A DNA stretch of 64,000 nucleotides, taken from positions 1 through 64,000 of the forward strand of contig JBFRWN010000047.1 of assembly GCA_051439605.1 (NCBI GenBank), written 5' to 3'. The notes under the pieces were generated by a model. That model was not told where the DNA came from. It ran no database searches and was given only the letters and a program-made list of their open reading frames with translations. This DNA is from Synechococcus sp. Its GTDB lineage: Bacteria > Cyanobacteriota > Cyanobacteriia > Thermostichales > PCC-7336. How positions within the stretch are numbered: position 1 is the first letter of the stretch; the number at the start of each line of letters is the position of its first letter. Shown here piece after piece: positions 30,851-40,529 of the stretch. A program made the translations under genes and the position numbers.

Positions 30851-31363
30851 ATGTCCAAATCGAAACACTATCCGATCGGTAGTCACAGATCCGTTCGAGG
30901 CTGGAGAAGTTGTCTAGATTGCGCGGGATTGGTGCTGCTGGCCATCGCCAGTGGATGTGCCCTCAATTCCGCTAACGTTTCTACGAACATCGACGAGTCA
31001 GTAGCAGAAACAGAGACAGAAGATAGAGAGATGGCGGAACCCGAGACGGTGGAATTGCCAATTGAATCGATCCAGCTGAAGAGCGATCGTCTGTCCTTAC
31101 AAGCGTCGCTGGAGGCAACGGCAGTGGTGGTGTTGCCGGATAGCTGCCATCAATTCGCTCGATTGGAGGGAACAGTTGATGCAAACAACCGCATCGTCAA
31201 GCTGATGGCGTTGGGTCGCCGTGAGGGGGATTTTTGCGCGCAGGTACTGGGGATGGAGGAAGCAATCCTACGGCTCGACCCATTGCCCAATTCAGGACTG
31301 TGGACGATTTCAGCCCCATATTATGGTGATACGATCGAAGTACAGTTCACCGTGACGGATTAG
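30851..31363 (+). CDS. Hypothetical lipoprotein
   Basis: Lipobox-like LLAIASG-C; LPDSC...FCAQV Cys pair; start uncertain (ORF opens at 30824). Confidence 0.55.
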   Translation: MSKSKHYPIGSHRSVRGWRSCLDCAGLVLLAIASGCALNSANVSTNIDESVAETETEDREMAEPETVELPIESIQLKSDRLSLQASLEATAVVVLPDSCHQFARLEGTVDANNRIVKLMALGRREGDFCAQVLGMEEAILRLDPLPNSGLWTISAPYYGDTIEVQFTVTD

Positions 31364-31490
31364 GTGCACAAAACCAAAGGCTGGCAAAGAGGGGCGATCG
31401 CAGCTAAAGATTTAGGAACGTTCTAAAATTACGGACAATCCCCTAAAACTTCGATCAGAATGGGATTGGCGTTACTCAGAGTCGAGGACT

Positions 31491-31670
31491 ATGTTCCCGT
31501 TTTTTGCAATGTGCTGTGGTGAGAAAGTCGATCGTCGCAAGCACCAAGAGCACAAGCTAAAGTTTATGAAGTGGATGCGAGATGACATGGAAACCCGGCT
31601 AGCTGGCTTAAATTCAGCCATTGCTTCCATCGAAGCTCAGCTCGAACGCGATAGCAGCGATGCTGCCTAG
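31491..31670 (+). CDS. Small coiled-coil protein (59 aa), not in the ORF track
   Basis: GAGGA SD just upstream of the ATG; MFPFFAMCCGEKVDRRKHQEHKLKFMKWMRDDMETRLAGLNSAIASIEAQLERDSSDAA*. Confidence 0.75.
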   Translation: MFPFFAMCCGEKVDRRKHQEHKLKFMKWMRDDMETRLAGLNSAIASIEAQLERDSSDAA

Positions 31671-31915
31671 GATGAATTCTTCAAATGACTCTCAAATTCT
31701 TCTTGCCCCCGCCTTCTGGCGTCTTAGCTGGCACTGTGTCAGTTAGGACGGCTAGTTCGAGGATCGATAAGAACTTTTGCTGAAGACAATCCTCAGCAAC
31801 TGGACTGTCACTCTCTAATATTCTGGCTCCTTTCACGAGTCCCTCAGGGACGCACATGGGAGCCTTAAGACGTCTCGGAACGATCGACAGGATTTGTTCG
31901 TATAGGATGAACCCT

Positions 31916-32431
31916 TCATTCCTCTGTCGTGCGCACTTCTCCATCCGGCATGATCGTGTTGGTGAAAATGACAGAGCCAATATCAACGTTGTCCATGTTG
32001 GCATTGCGCAGATTTGCATTGCTGAAATCGGTTCCCAACATGACCGCCCCGCTCAGGTCTGCTCCGCGCAGATCGGCCCCTGAAAAATTGGCGTTAATTA
32101 AATCAGCCCGGGTTAAGTCCACATCTGTAAGATTCGCCTGGCTGAAATCCGCCTCGCTGAGGTTTGCCTCACTCAGTAAAGCTTCCTGCAAGATCGATCG
32201 CGCCACCAGGGCCCCGTGCAAATTAACCCTCCGCAACGATGTTCGCAGCACCGCCGCATCGCACAAAACAGCCTCAGACAAATCACTTTTGTAAAAATCG
32301 CATTCCACCAAAGTGACAAACTGCAGTTGAGCACCGTGCAGCTGCCCTTGGATGAGGCTCAAGTGATGAAAGTCTCGCTTACCGGTCTCGTAGGCAGCTA
32401 GAAATTCTTCAGCGGTCACAACAAATACCAT
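31916..32431 (-). CDS. Pentapeptide repeat protein
   Basis: YETGKRDF start, A(D/N)LS.ADF repeats, ending TIMPDG. Confidence 0.92.
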   Translation of the reverse strand: MVFVVTAEEFLAAYETGKRDFHHLSLIQGQLHGAQLQFVTLVECDFYKSDLSEAVLCDAAVLRTSLRRVNLHGALVARSILQEALLSEANLSEADFSQANLTDVDLTRADLINANFSGADLRGADLSGAVMLGTDFSNANLRNANMDNVDIGSVIFTNTIMPDGEVRTTEE

Positions 32432-32508
32432 GTTGTATCGATGAGTTTCTCATTACGGCAATGAAAATTATAGACAGTGATTCCTCTTCAGGCGTAGCAT
32501 CTTTGCAG

Positions 32509-32907
32509 TCATCGTGATGTTGCATGCCAATAACCCGTAACGGTGTAAGCTTCTGCGTCTCCTGGCCAGGGGGGCATCGTGATGGCTACAGCAGTGAGGG
32601 GACTATTCCCCCCCGCCCGAAATTGAAAGGCCGTGCCCAATGGAATTGTCACACTGATGCCAGCAGTCAATGTGACGATTTCTTCACGATCGCCCTGTTT
32701 GCGCCACATCTCCCCCTCCCCCCCCAACACGTACCAAATTTCTTCAACGGTTCGGTGAGCGACCGCTACAGAAGTTTTCCCAGGTAGGAGTTCAAAATGT
32801 GCCATACTCCCCCTAGGTAAGGAGGTTAAAATCCGTACATTCGAACCGTCAGGGGCGATCGCATCGGGGAGTTCGGGCAACATTCGAATGGTAAATGGAA
32901 TTGCCAT
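32509..32907 (-). CDS. Cupin domain protein
   Basis: APDGSNVRIL, VAHRTVEEIWYVLGGEGEMW, IPLGTAFQFR, TMPPWPG; ATG 32907 is the likely start. Confidence 0.85.
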   Translation of the reverse strand: MAIPFTIRMLPELPDAIAPDGSNVRILTSLPRGSMAHFELLPGKTSVAVAHRTVEEIWYVLGGEGEMWRKQGDREEIVTLTAGISVTIPLGTAFQFRAGGNSPLTAVAITMPPWPGDAEAYTVTGYWHATSR

Positions 32908-33111
32908 CTCAAGCCAACACATTATTTGCCAATGCTGCGAGTGTAGCGATAGGGGCACGCGATGGCACTCTCTCCGCAAGTCTTCACTGTTTAGCAGTAA
33001 GTTTTCAGGGCAAAAAGAGTCTGCTATGGCGACCCATTTACCAGGAACAGTCAAACAGGAACAGTTCAATTCCTTCGGCATCAAAGGTCAAGCAATGAAA
33101 AGGAGCAACCA

Positions 33112-33636
33112 ATGAAATGGCAGGAGAATGCACTCGTGATTGTTGGTGTGCTGATGGTTACCGGTTGTACAACTACGTCTACTTCAAATGTCCCGAATTC
33201 TGCCGAAATTACGCCTGTTGCAGTCACAGCAAGTGACTGGGAAAAGGCAGCAGATGGAGGGTGGGGGGATTTTCCTCCGCAATTAACAATCGATGGAAGC
33301 TTGGACCCAAAGTCCTCTTGGCGGGCAGAAGGTGACGGAGCCTGGATTGAGTATGACTTAGGTGAAGCCGTTGTGCTGCAAGGTCTGCAAATTGCTTTCC
33401 TCAAGGGGGATGAACGTCAGTACACCTTCGATATCCAAATCAGTAACTCTGGGGCTCAAGGGGATTGGCAAACAGTTCTCGATCGCCAGCTAAGTACGGG
33501 AGCTTCTGCCCAGATGGAGACCTATTCGTTTAAGCCAGCGGAGGCGCAATATATTAGAGTTATCGGGCATGGGAATAGCGACGAAGATTTCGGTAAATGG
33601 ACCAACATTGTGGAAATCAGGTTTGAACCTAAATAA
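33112..33636 (+). CDS. Lipoprotein with discoidin (F5/8 type C, CBM32-like) domain
   Basis: Lipobox MVTG-C; TIDGSL...SSWRAEGDGAWIEYDLG...AQYIRVIGHGNS...WTNIVEI; AAGGAG SD. Confidence 0.82.
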   Translation: MKWQENALVIVGVLMVTGCTTTSTSNVPNSAEITPVAVTASDWEKAADGGWGDFPPQLTIDGSLDPKSSWRAEGDGAWIEYDLGEAVVLQGLQIAFLKGDERQYTFDIQISNSGAQGDWQTVLDRQLSTGASAQMETYSFKPAEAQYIRVIGHGNSDEDFGKWTNIVEIRFEPK

Positions 33637-33897
33637 GGTCGTTCTACAACTGCAGACAAGAGTCAAACTCATAGACTCAGCGTTTGTATCGCAAAACAAT
33701 TTGATTTTTAGCCACAATCTCTATCTAAAATATTGTGCTTAATGTATGTATCAATCATCATAATTTTTGTCGTGAAGTTTAGCCCCTAAACAGAAACCTG
33801 GAACACTTCCACCATCTTGCATTAAAGCTAAGTTGGTCAGGCCTGAAATAATCAACTATGTCTCTTACTGTAAGCCAAGTCAAAATCCTTGTTAACC

Positions 33898-35067
33898 ATG
33901 AAAAACGATAGTATTCCTACCATAGATTCAAATATAGTTACGATATCCATAAAGGAGCCTGAGACATCTTCACGGATATTAGATGATATGGATATGCTGA
34001 ATAAGCACATCATCTTTGTTCTGGGAATGCATCGAAGTGGAACCAGCGCAATAACGCGTGGCCTTCAAGTTTTAGGTGTAGACTTAGGTAATACACTGAT
34101 GCCAGCAGTCGAGAATAATAATGATAAGGGTTTCTGGGAAGATATAGAAGTCAACGAACTTAACATCTCTATACTGGAACACTTAGGATATAATTGGTAC
34201 TCCTTAGAACCAACAATTCTAGATGAGAACACATTGGAACAAATTCCACAAAGCTTCAAGTCTCAAGCTGCGGAACTCCTTCGAAAAAAACTTTCTACCA
34301 ACAATATATTAGGTATTAAGGATCCAAGATTTTCTCGACTGCTCCCTTTCTGGAAACATGTTGTTAAGTGTCTAAATATAAAATCAAGTTATCTTATTGC
34401 CCTCAGAAATCCAAAAAGTGTCGCATATTCTTTAGCTAGGCGAGACGGATTCGAGCTTACTAAGGGATATTATTTATGGCTAGAGTATATGCTTGACAGC
34501 TTAAGGTATACAAGAGAAGAAAATTTTGTTTTTGTTGACTATGATGCACTCATGATCGATCCGAGTGCTCAGCTTCAAAGAATCGCAGATAGTTTTCAAC
34601 TTACATTTGAATCTTGCTCCGATCAATATATTCAATACAAAAGTGAATATCTAGACGAAAAACTTCGACATACTAGTTATCAGCTTAAAGATATTTCTTC
34701 CGATCCATCAATCCCAGCAATTGTCAGAAATCTCTATAAACTACTAAAAGGATGTGCTTGTAAATTTGATTATATCACCAATAAGGAACTAGATATTGCG
34801 ATCAATAGATTCACTGAAAAACTTCAAGAAATTAGTCCTCTTTTGCAACTTCTCAGTATCTATGACAACAAGATTCTAAAGTTAGAAGATGAAAGCAAAC
34901 ATCTCAATAGACTGGTCAGAAAGCTCGAGGATCAAGTTGATTGTCAAAGCAAACAACTGTCTATTATAATAGACTCTAAAAGCTGGCAAATTACTGCGCC
35001 ATTCAGATGGTTATCTCTTCAAGTAAGACAATTAATTTACTTGGTGCGAAATTCATTCGTATTCTAA
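33898..35067 (+). CDS. Sulfotransferase-like protein with C-terminal coiled coil
   Basis: VLGMHRSGTS (5'-PSB-like), KDPR, LRNPKSVAYSL (3'-PB-like), heptad region, SKSWQITAPFR; AT-rich. Confidence 0.75.
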   Translation: MKNDSIPTIDSNIVTISIKEPETSSRILDDMDMLNKHIIFVLGMHRSGTSAITRGLQVLGVDLGNTLMPAVENNNDKGFWEDIEVNELNISILEHLGYNWYSLEPTILDENTLEQIPQSFKSQAAELLRKKLSTNNILGIKDPRFSRLLPFWKHVVKCLNIKSSYLIALRNPKSVAYSLARRDGFELTKGYYLWLEYMLDSLRYTREENFVFVDYDALMIDPSAQLQRIADSFQLTFESCSDQYIQYKSEYLDEKLRHTSYQLKDISSDPSIPAIVRNLYKLLKGCACKFDYITNKELDIAINRFTEKLQEISPLLQLLSIYDNKILKLEDESKHLNRLVRKLEDQVDCQSKQLSIIIDSKSWQITAPFRWLSLQVRQLIYLVRNSFVF

Positions 35068-36917
35068 AAGAGAGTGGTGTCCTTCTGGAAATATTTCGGA
35101 AGGCGGCAGTAATTGTTTCATACGAAGGCATACCTGGCATTTACAAGCGACTTCGAATCAAACTTAGAGAGCGCTTTTTGGGAAAAAATTACGCTGAGTG
35201 GGTTCGCCGTTACGATACGCTTGACGATGCTGCACGTGTCCGCATTCGAGAAAGTATTGAGGCAATGGCTCACAAGCCTCTGATTTCTTTGGTCATGCCC
35301 GTATACGATCCACCAATACAGTTTCTGGAGGTTGCAATACGTTCGATCCAAAACCAAATCTACCCTCACTGGGAGCTATTATGTATTGGCGAGGATATAT
35401 CCAACAATGAGAAGGTTTTCAATCTAATTTCTACATATACCTCCGAAGATGTGCGTATCAAAACTTCCCATCGAGAATTCAACGATCGCATTTCGCGCGA
35501 TAGCGATAGCGCGCTAGCACTAGTTTCAGGTGAATATATTGCGCTTTTAAATCATCATGACATGTTGTCTGAGCATGCTCTTTTCATGATTGCAGGCGCT
35601 ATCAATCAAGATCCAGACGTAGGTTTGATATATTCAGATGAAGATAAAATCAATGTAGACGGTGAACGCTATAGTCCGTACTTTAAGTGTGAATTCAACT
35701 ACGAGCTTTTTCTCGCTCAAAACTATATCTCTCACTTTACTGTATATCGCCATTCTTTGCTGAAAGATATTGGTGGTTTCAGCATTAGTGCTAACAGTTT
35801 TAATGACCACAATCTGGCTCTAAAAGCTATAGAGAAAATCAGGCCAAGCCAAATCGTACATTTGCCCTATGTACTCTATCACTGGCAGGAATTTGAAGAA
35901 GGTACTGCACAGCTTGAGTCTTCAAATAATTCAGCCTCTAATGCCAGCCGAATATCAGTAGCAGAACATCTTCAACGTTGTGGCATTGAAGCTGATGTAT
36001 TGCCTGCACCTGAGGCTCCAAACTATAATCGTGTACGATTTTCACTTCCAAACACATTACCATTAGTCAGTATTATTATTCCTACACGAGATCGGGCCAA
36101 CTTGCTTCGAATGTGTATTAATTCGATCCTAGAGAAATCTACATATCCAAATTTCGAAATCATTATTGTTGATAACGGTAGTTTAGAACAAGATACGATG
36201 AGACTGTTCGATGAGCTGCCAAAGAATCGAGTCAACATACTCCAAAACAGTTCTCCCTTCAATTTCTCCGAACTCAACAATTTTGGTGTCAATCAATCGA
36301 ACGGTGAATTAATATGCTTGATGAATAATGATATTGAAGTTCTCACACCAAACTGGTTAGAAGAGATGGTTTCATTTGCAGTTAGGCCAGACGTTGGCTG
36401 CGTGGGTGCAAAACTCTGGTATCCAAATCAGCTTCTTCAGCATGGAGGTGTCATAACCGGACTTGGAGATGTGGCGGGACACTTCCATAAAAAACTACCA
36501 TACGGTTCTCCTGGATATTTCTCTAGAGCTATACTTCATCAGAGCTTAAGTGCTGTTACTGCTGCATGTTTACTGGTTCGCCGGGCTATTTTTGATGAAG
36601 TTTGTGGTCTTGAAGAATCGCTAGCTGTTGCTTTTAACGATGTTGATTTCTGTATGCGCGTACGTGAAGCAGGTTATCGGAATGTATGGACACCTTATGC
36701 AGAAATGATTCACCACGAATCGGTATCTAGAGGTTATGAAGATACGCCCGAAAAGCAGGCTCGATTAGCAAAAGAAGTTCAATTCATGAAGCAGCGTTGG
36801 AGTGATAAGTTAGTTCGAGATCCTTCATACAGCCCTAATCTTACTCTCGATACTGAAAATATTTCGTATGCGTTTCCGCCACGCGTTGTCAAGGTCAAAG
36901 ATTTTATTGGAAATTAA
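35007..36917 (+). CDS. Glycosyltransferase with two GT2 domains (possibly the frameshifted continuation of the upstream ORF)
   Basis: PLISLVMPVYDPP...IYSDEDK; second module PLVSIIIPTRD, IVDNGS, LMNNDIEV, AVTAACLL, FNDVDFC, HHESVSRG. Confidence 0.88.
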   Translation: MVISSSKTINLLGAKFIRILKESGVLLEIFRKAAVIVSYEGIPGIYKRLRIKLRERFLGKNYAEWVRRYDTLDDAARVRIRESIEAMAHKPLISLVMPVYDPPIQFLEVAIRSIQNQIYPHWELLCIGEDISNNEKVFNLISTYTSEDVRIKTSHREFNDRISRDSDSALALVSGEYIALLNHHDMLSEHALFMIAGAINQDPDVGLIYSDEDKINVDGERYSPYFKCEFNYELFLAQNYISHFTVYRHSLLKDIGGFSISANSFNDHNLALKAIEKIRPSQIVHLPYVLYHWQEFEEGTAQLESSNNSASNASRISVAEHLQRCGIEADVLPAPEAPNYNRVRFSLPNTLPLVSIIIPTRDRANLLRMCINSILEKSTYPNFEIIIVDNGSLEQDTMRLFDELPKNRVNILQNSSPFNFSELNNFGVNQSNGELICLMNNDIEVLTPNWLEEMVSFAVRPDVGCVGAKLWYPNQLLQHGGVITGLGDVAGHFHKKLPYGSPGYFSRAILHQSLSAVTAACLLVRRAIFDEVCGLEESLAVAFNDVDFCMRVREAGYRNVWTPYAEMIHHESVSRGYEDTPEKQARLAKEVQFMKQRWSDKLVRDPSYSPNLTLDTENISYAFPPRVVKVKDFIGN

Positions 36918-36960
36918 ATACAATATTTCAACGTACTCGTCCCATGGTCGAGGTTTGGGG

Positions 36961-37917
36961 TCAACGAATAGACATTCTAACTCTAGAAAGTACCCCAAAT
37001 CCAATTCTAAATAAGAACCACTTATTCGGACAATCTAATGATTTAATTCCTGGACAATCAAATAGCCGAATTACTCTCTGAAAATTCTGCCAATCCCCCC
37101 TCCGCAGCTGTCTCCATGCTCCTGCCAGAATAAACTGATATAAAAACAAACTCTTACATCGTTTTAGCTCTTCCGAACTCAAAACTTCCATCTGGCTTAC
37201 TTCTGAAAATAATTCCAATAACAAGGCAATCGTTTCTTCATTAAACACCTCCATCGTTAATGCCTCAGAATGCACTCTATACGACACCGTTATTTCCCTA
37301 CAACAATAGACCCCACAATGTGCAAATAATCGTCTCCACATCTCCACATCGCAAGGCTCCCTCCACTCGGGCCGAAAGCCCCCCACCACTTTCAAAACTG
37401 ACCGTTGAAAGACGATCGCAGGAAAACGAACAAACGAAGAATCTGAAAACAAACGAATTAAAGCTTCCTTCGAAGATAAATAACGATCGGTACTAAAAAC
37501 CTGTCGCTTCATCACCTGTTCTTGCGCATCAACCACCAAAGCACCAAAAAGTAACACTGCATATTTGTCCTCTAACCGATCGAGCGTTACCAATAAACGG
37601 TCAATTCCCCCCGGCACGAAAAAATCATCGTCATGTAGAACCATTACATAGCGCCCTTGGGCCAAGGCGATCGCCCGATTCCAATTCTGAGCCATCCCCA
37701 AAGCAATCGGATGATGTTCGTAGCACCAACTCCAACCTTTGAGGATGTCCTCTGCAATCGCTTCACACGTCCGATCGTCTGAATCATCTGCGATCGAAAT
37801 TTCAACCCTTGACCGAGCAACCTGATTCCCCTCGACAATAGATTGCAGACCCCGCTGAAACCACAGGGGACGATTATAGGCCGGGATACAAATACTTAAA
37901 ATCGGGTTTTTAATCAT
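36961..37917 (-). CDS. Glycosyltransferase family 2
   Basis: LSICIPAYNRP, IADDS, GMAQNWN, VLHDDD, YRVH. Confidence 0.88.
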   Translation of the reverse strand: MIKNPILSICIPAYNRPLWFQRGLQSIVEGNQVARSRVEISIADDSDDRTCEAIAEDILKGWSWCYEHHPIALGMAQNWNRAIALAQGRYVMVLHDDDFFVPGGIDRLLVTLDRLEDKYAVLLFGALVVDAQEQVMKRQVFSTDRYLSSKEALIRLFSDSSFVRFPAIVFQRSVLKVVGGFRPEWREPCDVEMWRRLFAHCGVYCCREITVSYRVHSEALTMEVFNEETIALLLELFSEVSQMEVLSSEELKRCKSLFLYQFILAGAWRQLRRGDWQNFQRVIRLFDCPGIKSLDCPNKWFLFRIGFGVLSRVRMSIR

Positions 37918-38668
37918 TACTCTTTGGTTCTGTTGCATCTGCCAGGAAGCACAGGAGATCTCTAACACTCTCTTACTCTTTTACACAGCAATCTCTATAG
38001 GGATATAACGTTTTTCAGCTCGGATCGCTGTAATGTGTCCCCTTCGACAGATGCGCCTGTTCAGCGAGGCCCAAGAAACAAGTCAACCAGGCTTAGGGGT
38101 TGGATATTGAGTGGCCCGAGATGAGGCGGTGCTTCGTGGGTCATCTTCCTTTAAGGGGATGACGGAGAAATAGAAAGCCAGCAGCCGATCGCGGGGGTTG
38201 TTGAGCGACTGTCTTTGCAAGAGCTTGCCATCCATCGCTAGGAGGCTTTTTATTTTAAGAAGTAACAACAAAGATATCTGCAAGTTCTATCTACCTTCGT
38301 GCATCTATACGTCTCTACACATTTGTAGACAGAAAAAATGGACCCGTTGTCCGATAGGGGGGTATTGACTGTCCGCCATGATGAATTTCTTGAGTGCCAG
38401 AACGGAATGAAAGGGACTTGGAGCGACGGTTTTATCGCTGATGGCCGATCCCGGTATATGCATCCCGATTCGTAAGGCGTCATTGAGGTTCTCAGTACTT
38501 TTATAGATTTGTTTACTTAGAGTCACTTAATCCTGGGAGGACTCTTAGGATAGAACTCATTGAAGACAAATACTTATGCTCTGCTTGCACTTGCACTCGC
38601 CTACTGCACGAGTCGGGTTGTCATAATTGACTTCTGCTGAGCTGGTTGGGGGGAGACCAACCTAATTC

Positions 38669-39373
38669 GTGCGAATCTGCCCTAACTCTGTTGGTGCAAA
38701 CGTGACGATTGAAACCCTTGTACTAGAAGCCCATCCACTCGTACAGATGGGATTAGTTCATTTGATTGAAGGCCAACCCCAGTTTCATATTTGGGGGGTT
38801 GCCGAATCAGCGACTTCTGCTCTGGAGCTGTTACAAAATGGCTTGTTTGAAGATCGCTTGCCCGATCTGCTGCTCATGAGTCCGGCGATACCGGATATTA
38901 GTCGCAGCGTGAGTTTCGTGCGGCAACTGCAACAGTCGAATACCCGCGTGCGCATCTTGGCTTTACTGGAAATGGGGGAGTTGGCGAAATCTCATGCCAG
39001 CGTTTTAGTCAATAGCGGCGTGCAAGGATGCTGTCTCAAGTCAAAGCCAGTAGGGCACATTGTGCAGGCCTTAACTGCGATTGCCTCCGATGTTTGCTGG
39101 ATGGATTCAGAATTGAACGGACTGCAGAAAAACCTGCGCAATCAGTATGTCGTTGCGGCTAAAGTTCCCTCTCGGCCAGAAATCTCGCTGTCTAACCGCG
39201 AGCGCCAGGTCCTACAGGAAATCACTTCTGGCAAAAGTAACCGAGAGATTGCTAAGACTCTGGAAGTAGCTGAGAGTACCATCAAGTCTCATATCGTGCG
39301 CATCTTACGCAAGATGAGGGTGCGCGATCGCACCCAGGCGGCGGTGGTAGCTATGCGCGAAGGGTTGGTCTAG
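38669..39373 (+). CDS. NarL/LuxR-family response regulator with atypical receiver domain
   Basis: C-terminal HTH LSNRERQVLQEITSGKSNREIA...TIKSH...RDRTQAAV; the receiver lacks the canonical acidic residues. Confidence 0.85.
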   Translation: MRICPNSVGANVTIETLVLEAHPLVQMGLVHLIEGQPQFHIWGVAESATSALELLQNGLFEDRLPDLLLMSPAIPDISRSVSFVRQLQQSNTRVRILALLEMGELAKSHASVLVNSGVQGCCLKSKPVGHIVQALTAIASDVCWMDSELNGLQKNLRNQYVVAAKVPSRPEISLSNRERQVLQEITSGKSNREIAKTLEVAESTIKSHIVRILRKMRVRDRTQAAVVAMREGLV

Positions 39374-39392
39374 CACCGATCCATTTGCATCT

Positions 39393-40529
39393 TTAAACTC
39401 TAGCCTCCAGTGGAATGTAGGTCAGATTGCGATCGCCGGTATAGACCTGGGTGGGTCGGAACAGGCGGTTGTCATCCAGTTGTTCTTTCCAGTGGGCTAA
39501 CCAACCCGCCACTCGGGAAATCGCAAACACTGGAGTGAAGAAATCTTCAGGAATACCGAGCTTGGAGTAGACCAAGCCAGAATAGAAATCAACATTGGGG
39601 TAGATCCCCTTGGCCCCCAACAGCTCTTCACAAACAGACTCAACTTCTAGGGCAATGTCATAGATTTTGTCGTGACCGAGGCGATCGAACAGTTCCTCAG
39701 CTAACTTTTGCAGAATGGTTGCACGAGGATCTTTGACTTTGTACACTCGATGGCCCAAACCCATAATGCGCTCTTTACGGGCGAGGCAGTCTTCAATAAA
39801 CGGGCGCACATTTTCTACACTGCCAATCTTCCGCAACGCTTTCATCACCCTCTCATTGGCGCCACCATGTAAGCTTCCTGACAAGGTGCCAACAGCTGCA
39901 GTAATGGCCGTGTAGGGATCGGCTAGGGTGGAGGCAGTGACCAACGTGGAGAACGTCGAGGCATTGACCGTATGTTCTGCATGCAGTATTAAGCAGATAT
40001 CAAATATCCTTGCTTCCCATGGGTCAGGGACCCGACCGGTCATCATGTAGAGGAAGTTGCTGGCATGATCGAGATCGTCCCGTGGGGCAATCGGATCGTT
40101 CCCTTGACGCATTTGGCGGAAAGCAGCCACAAAGGTTGGAAACTTAGCCAATAACCGGACAACTGTGCCAGTGACGTAATCTTCGTCAAAGCTGCTGATG
40201 GGATAGAAAAGACCCAAACCCGCAACGCAAGTTTGTAGGGCATCCATCGGGTGACCAGACTCGGGGAAGCATTTGATCATGTCCCGTATGCGGTATTTGA
40301 CCCGCCGGTGAATGCGAGTTTCGAGATCGAATTCGTCCAACTCATCGCGAGTGGGCAGTTTTCCGAAAATCAGCAGATAGGCAGTTTCGAGAAAGTTACT
40401 GTGCTCAGTGAGCTGGTCGATACTGATGCCGCGGTACTCTAAAATACCTTGTTGCCCATCAATGAAGCTGATGTTGGAGCTGGTGGCTGGAACACCTTCC
40501 AATCCGGGTTTATAAGTTCCTTCTGCCAT
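39393..40529 (-). CDS. gltA: Citrate synthase
   Basis: PGLEGV, LHAEHTVNAST, LHGGANE, GLGHRVYKVKDPRA, PNVDFYSG. Confidence 0.97.
   Translation of the reverse strand: MAEGTYKPGLEGVPATSSNISFIDGQQGILEYRGISIDQLTEHSNFLETAYLLIFGKLPTRDELDEFDLETRIHRRVKYRIRDMIKCFPESGHPMDALQTCVAGLGLFYPISSFDEDYVTGTVVRLLAKFPTFVAAFRQMRQGNDPIAPRDDLDHASNFLYMMTGRVPDPWEARIFDICLILHAEHTVNASTFSTLVTASTLADPYTAITAAVGTLSGSLHGGANERVMKALRKIGSVENVRPFIEDCLARKERIMGLGHRVYKVKDPRATILQKLAEELFDRLGHDKIYDIALEVESVCEELLGAKGIYPNVDFYSGLVYSKLGIPEDFFTPVFAISRVAGWLAHWKEQLDDNRLFRPTQVYTGDRNLTYIPLEARV

Noticed and set aside
31825..31864. Nested hairpin (GGCTCC...GTCCCT-C-AGGGAC...GGAGCC) as an ncRNA
   Set aside because: It lies between convergent genes and is more simply a 3'-end structure; no family motif is recognisable
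38311..38330. TCTAC...GTAGA hairpin resembling a Cas12a repeat stem
   Set aside because: Single copy, no spacer periodicity and no cas genes
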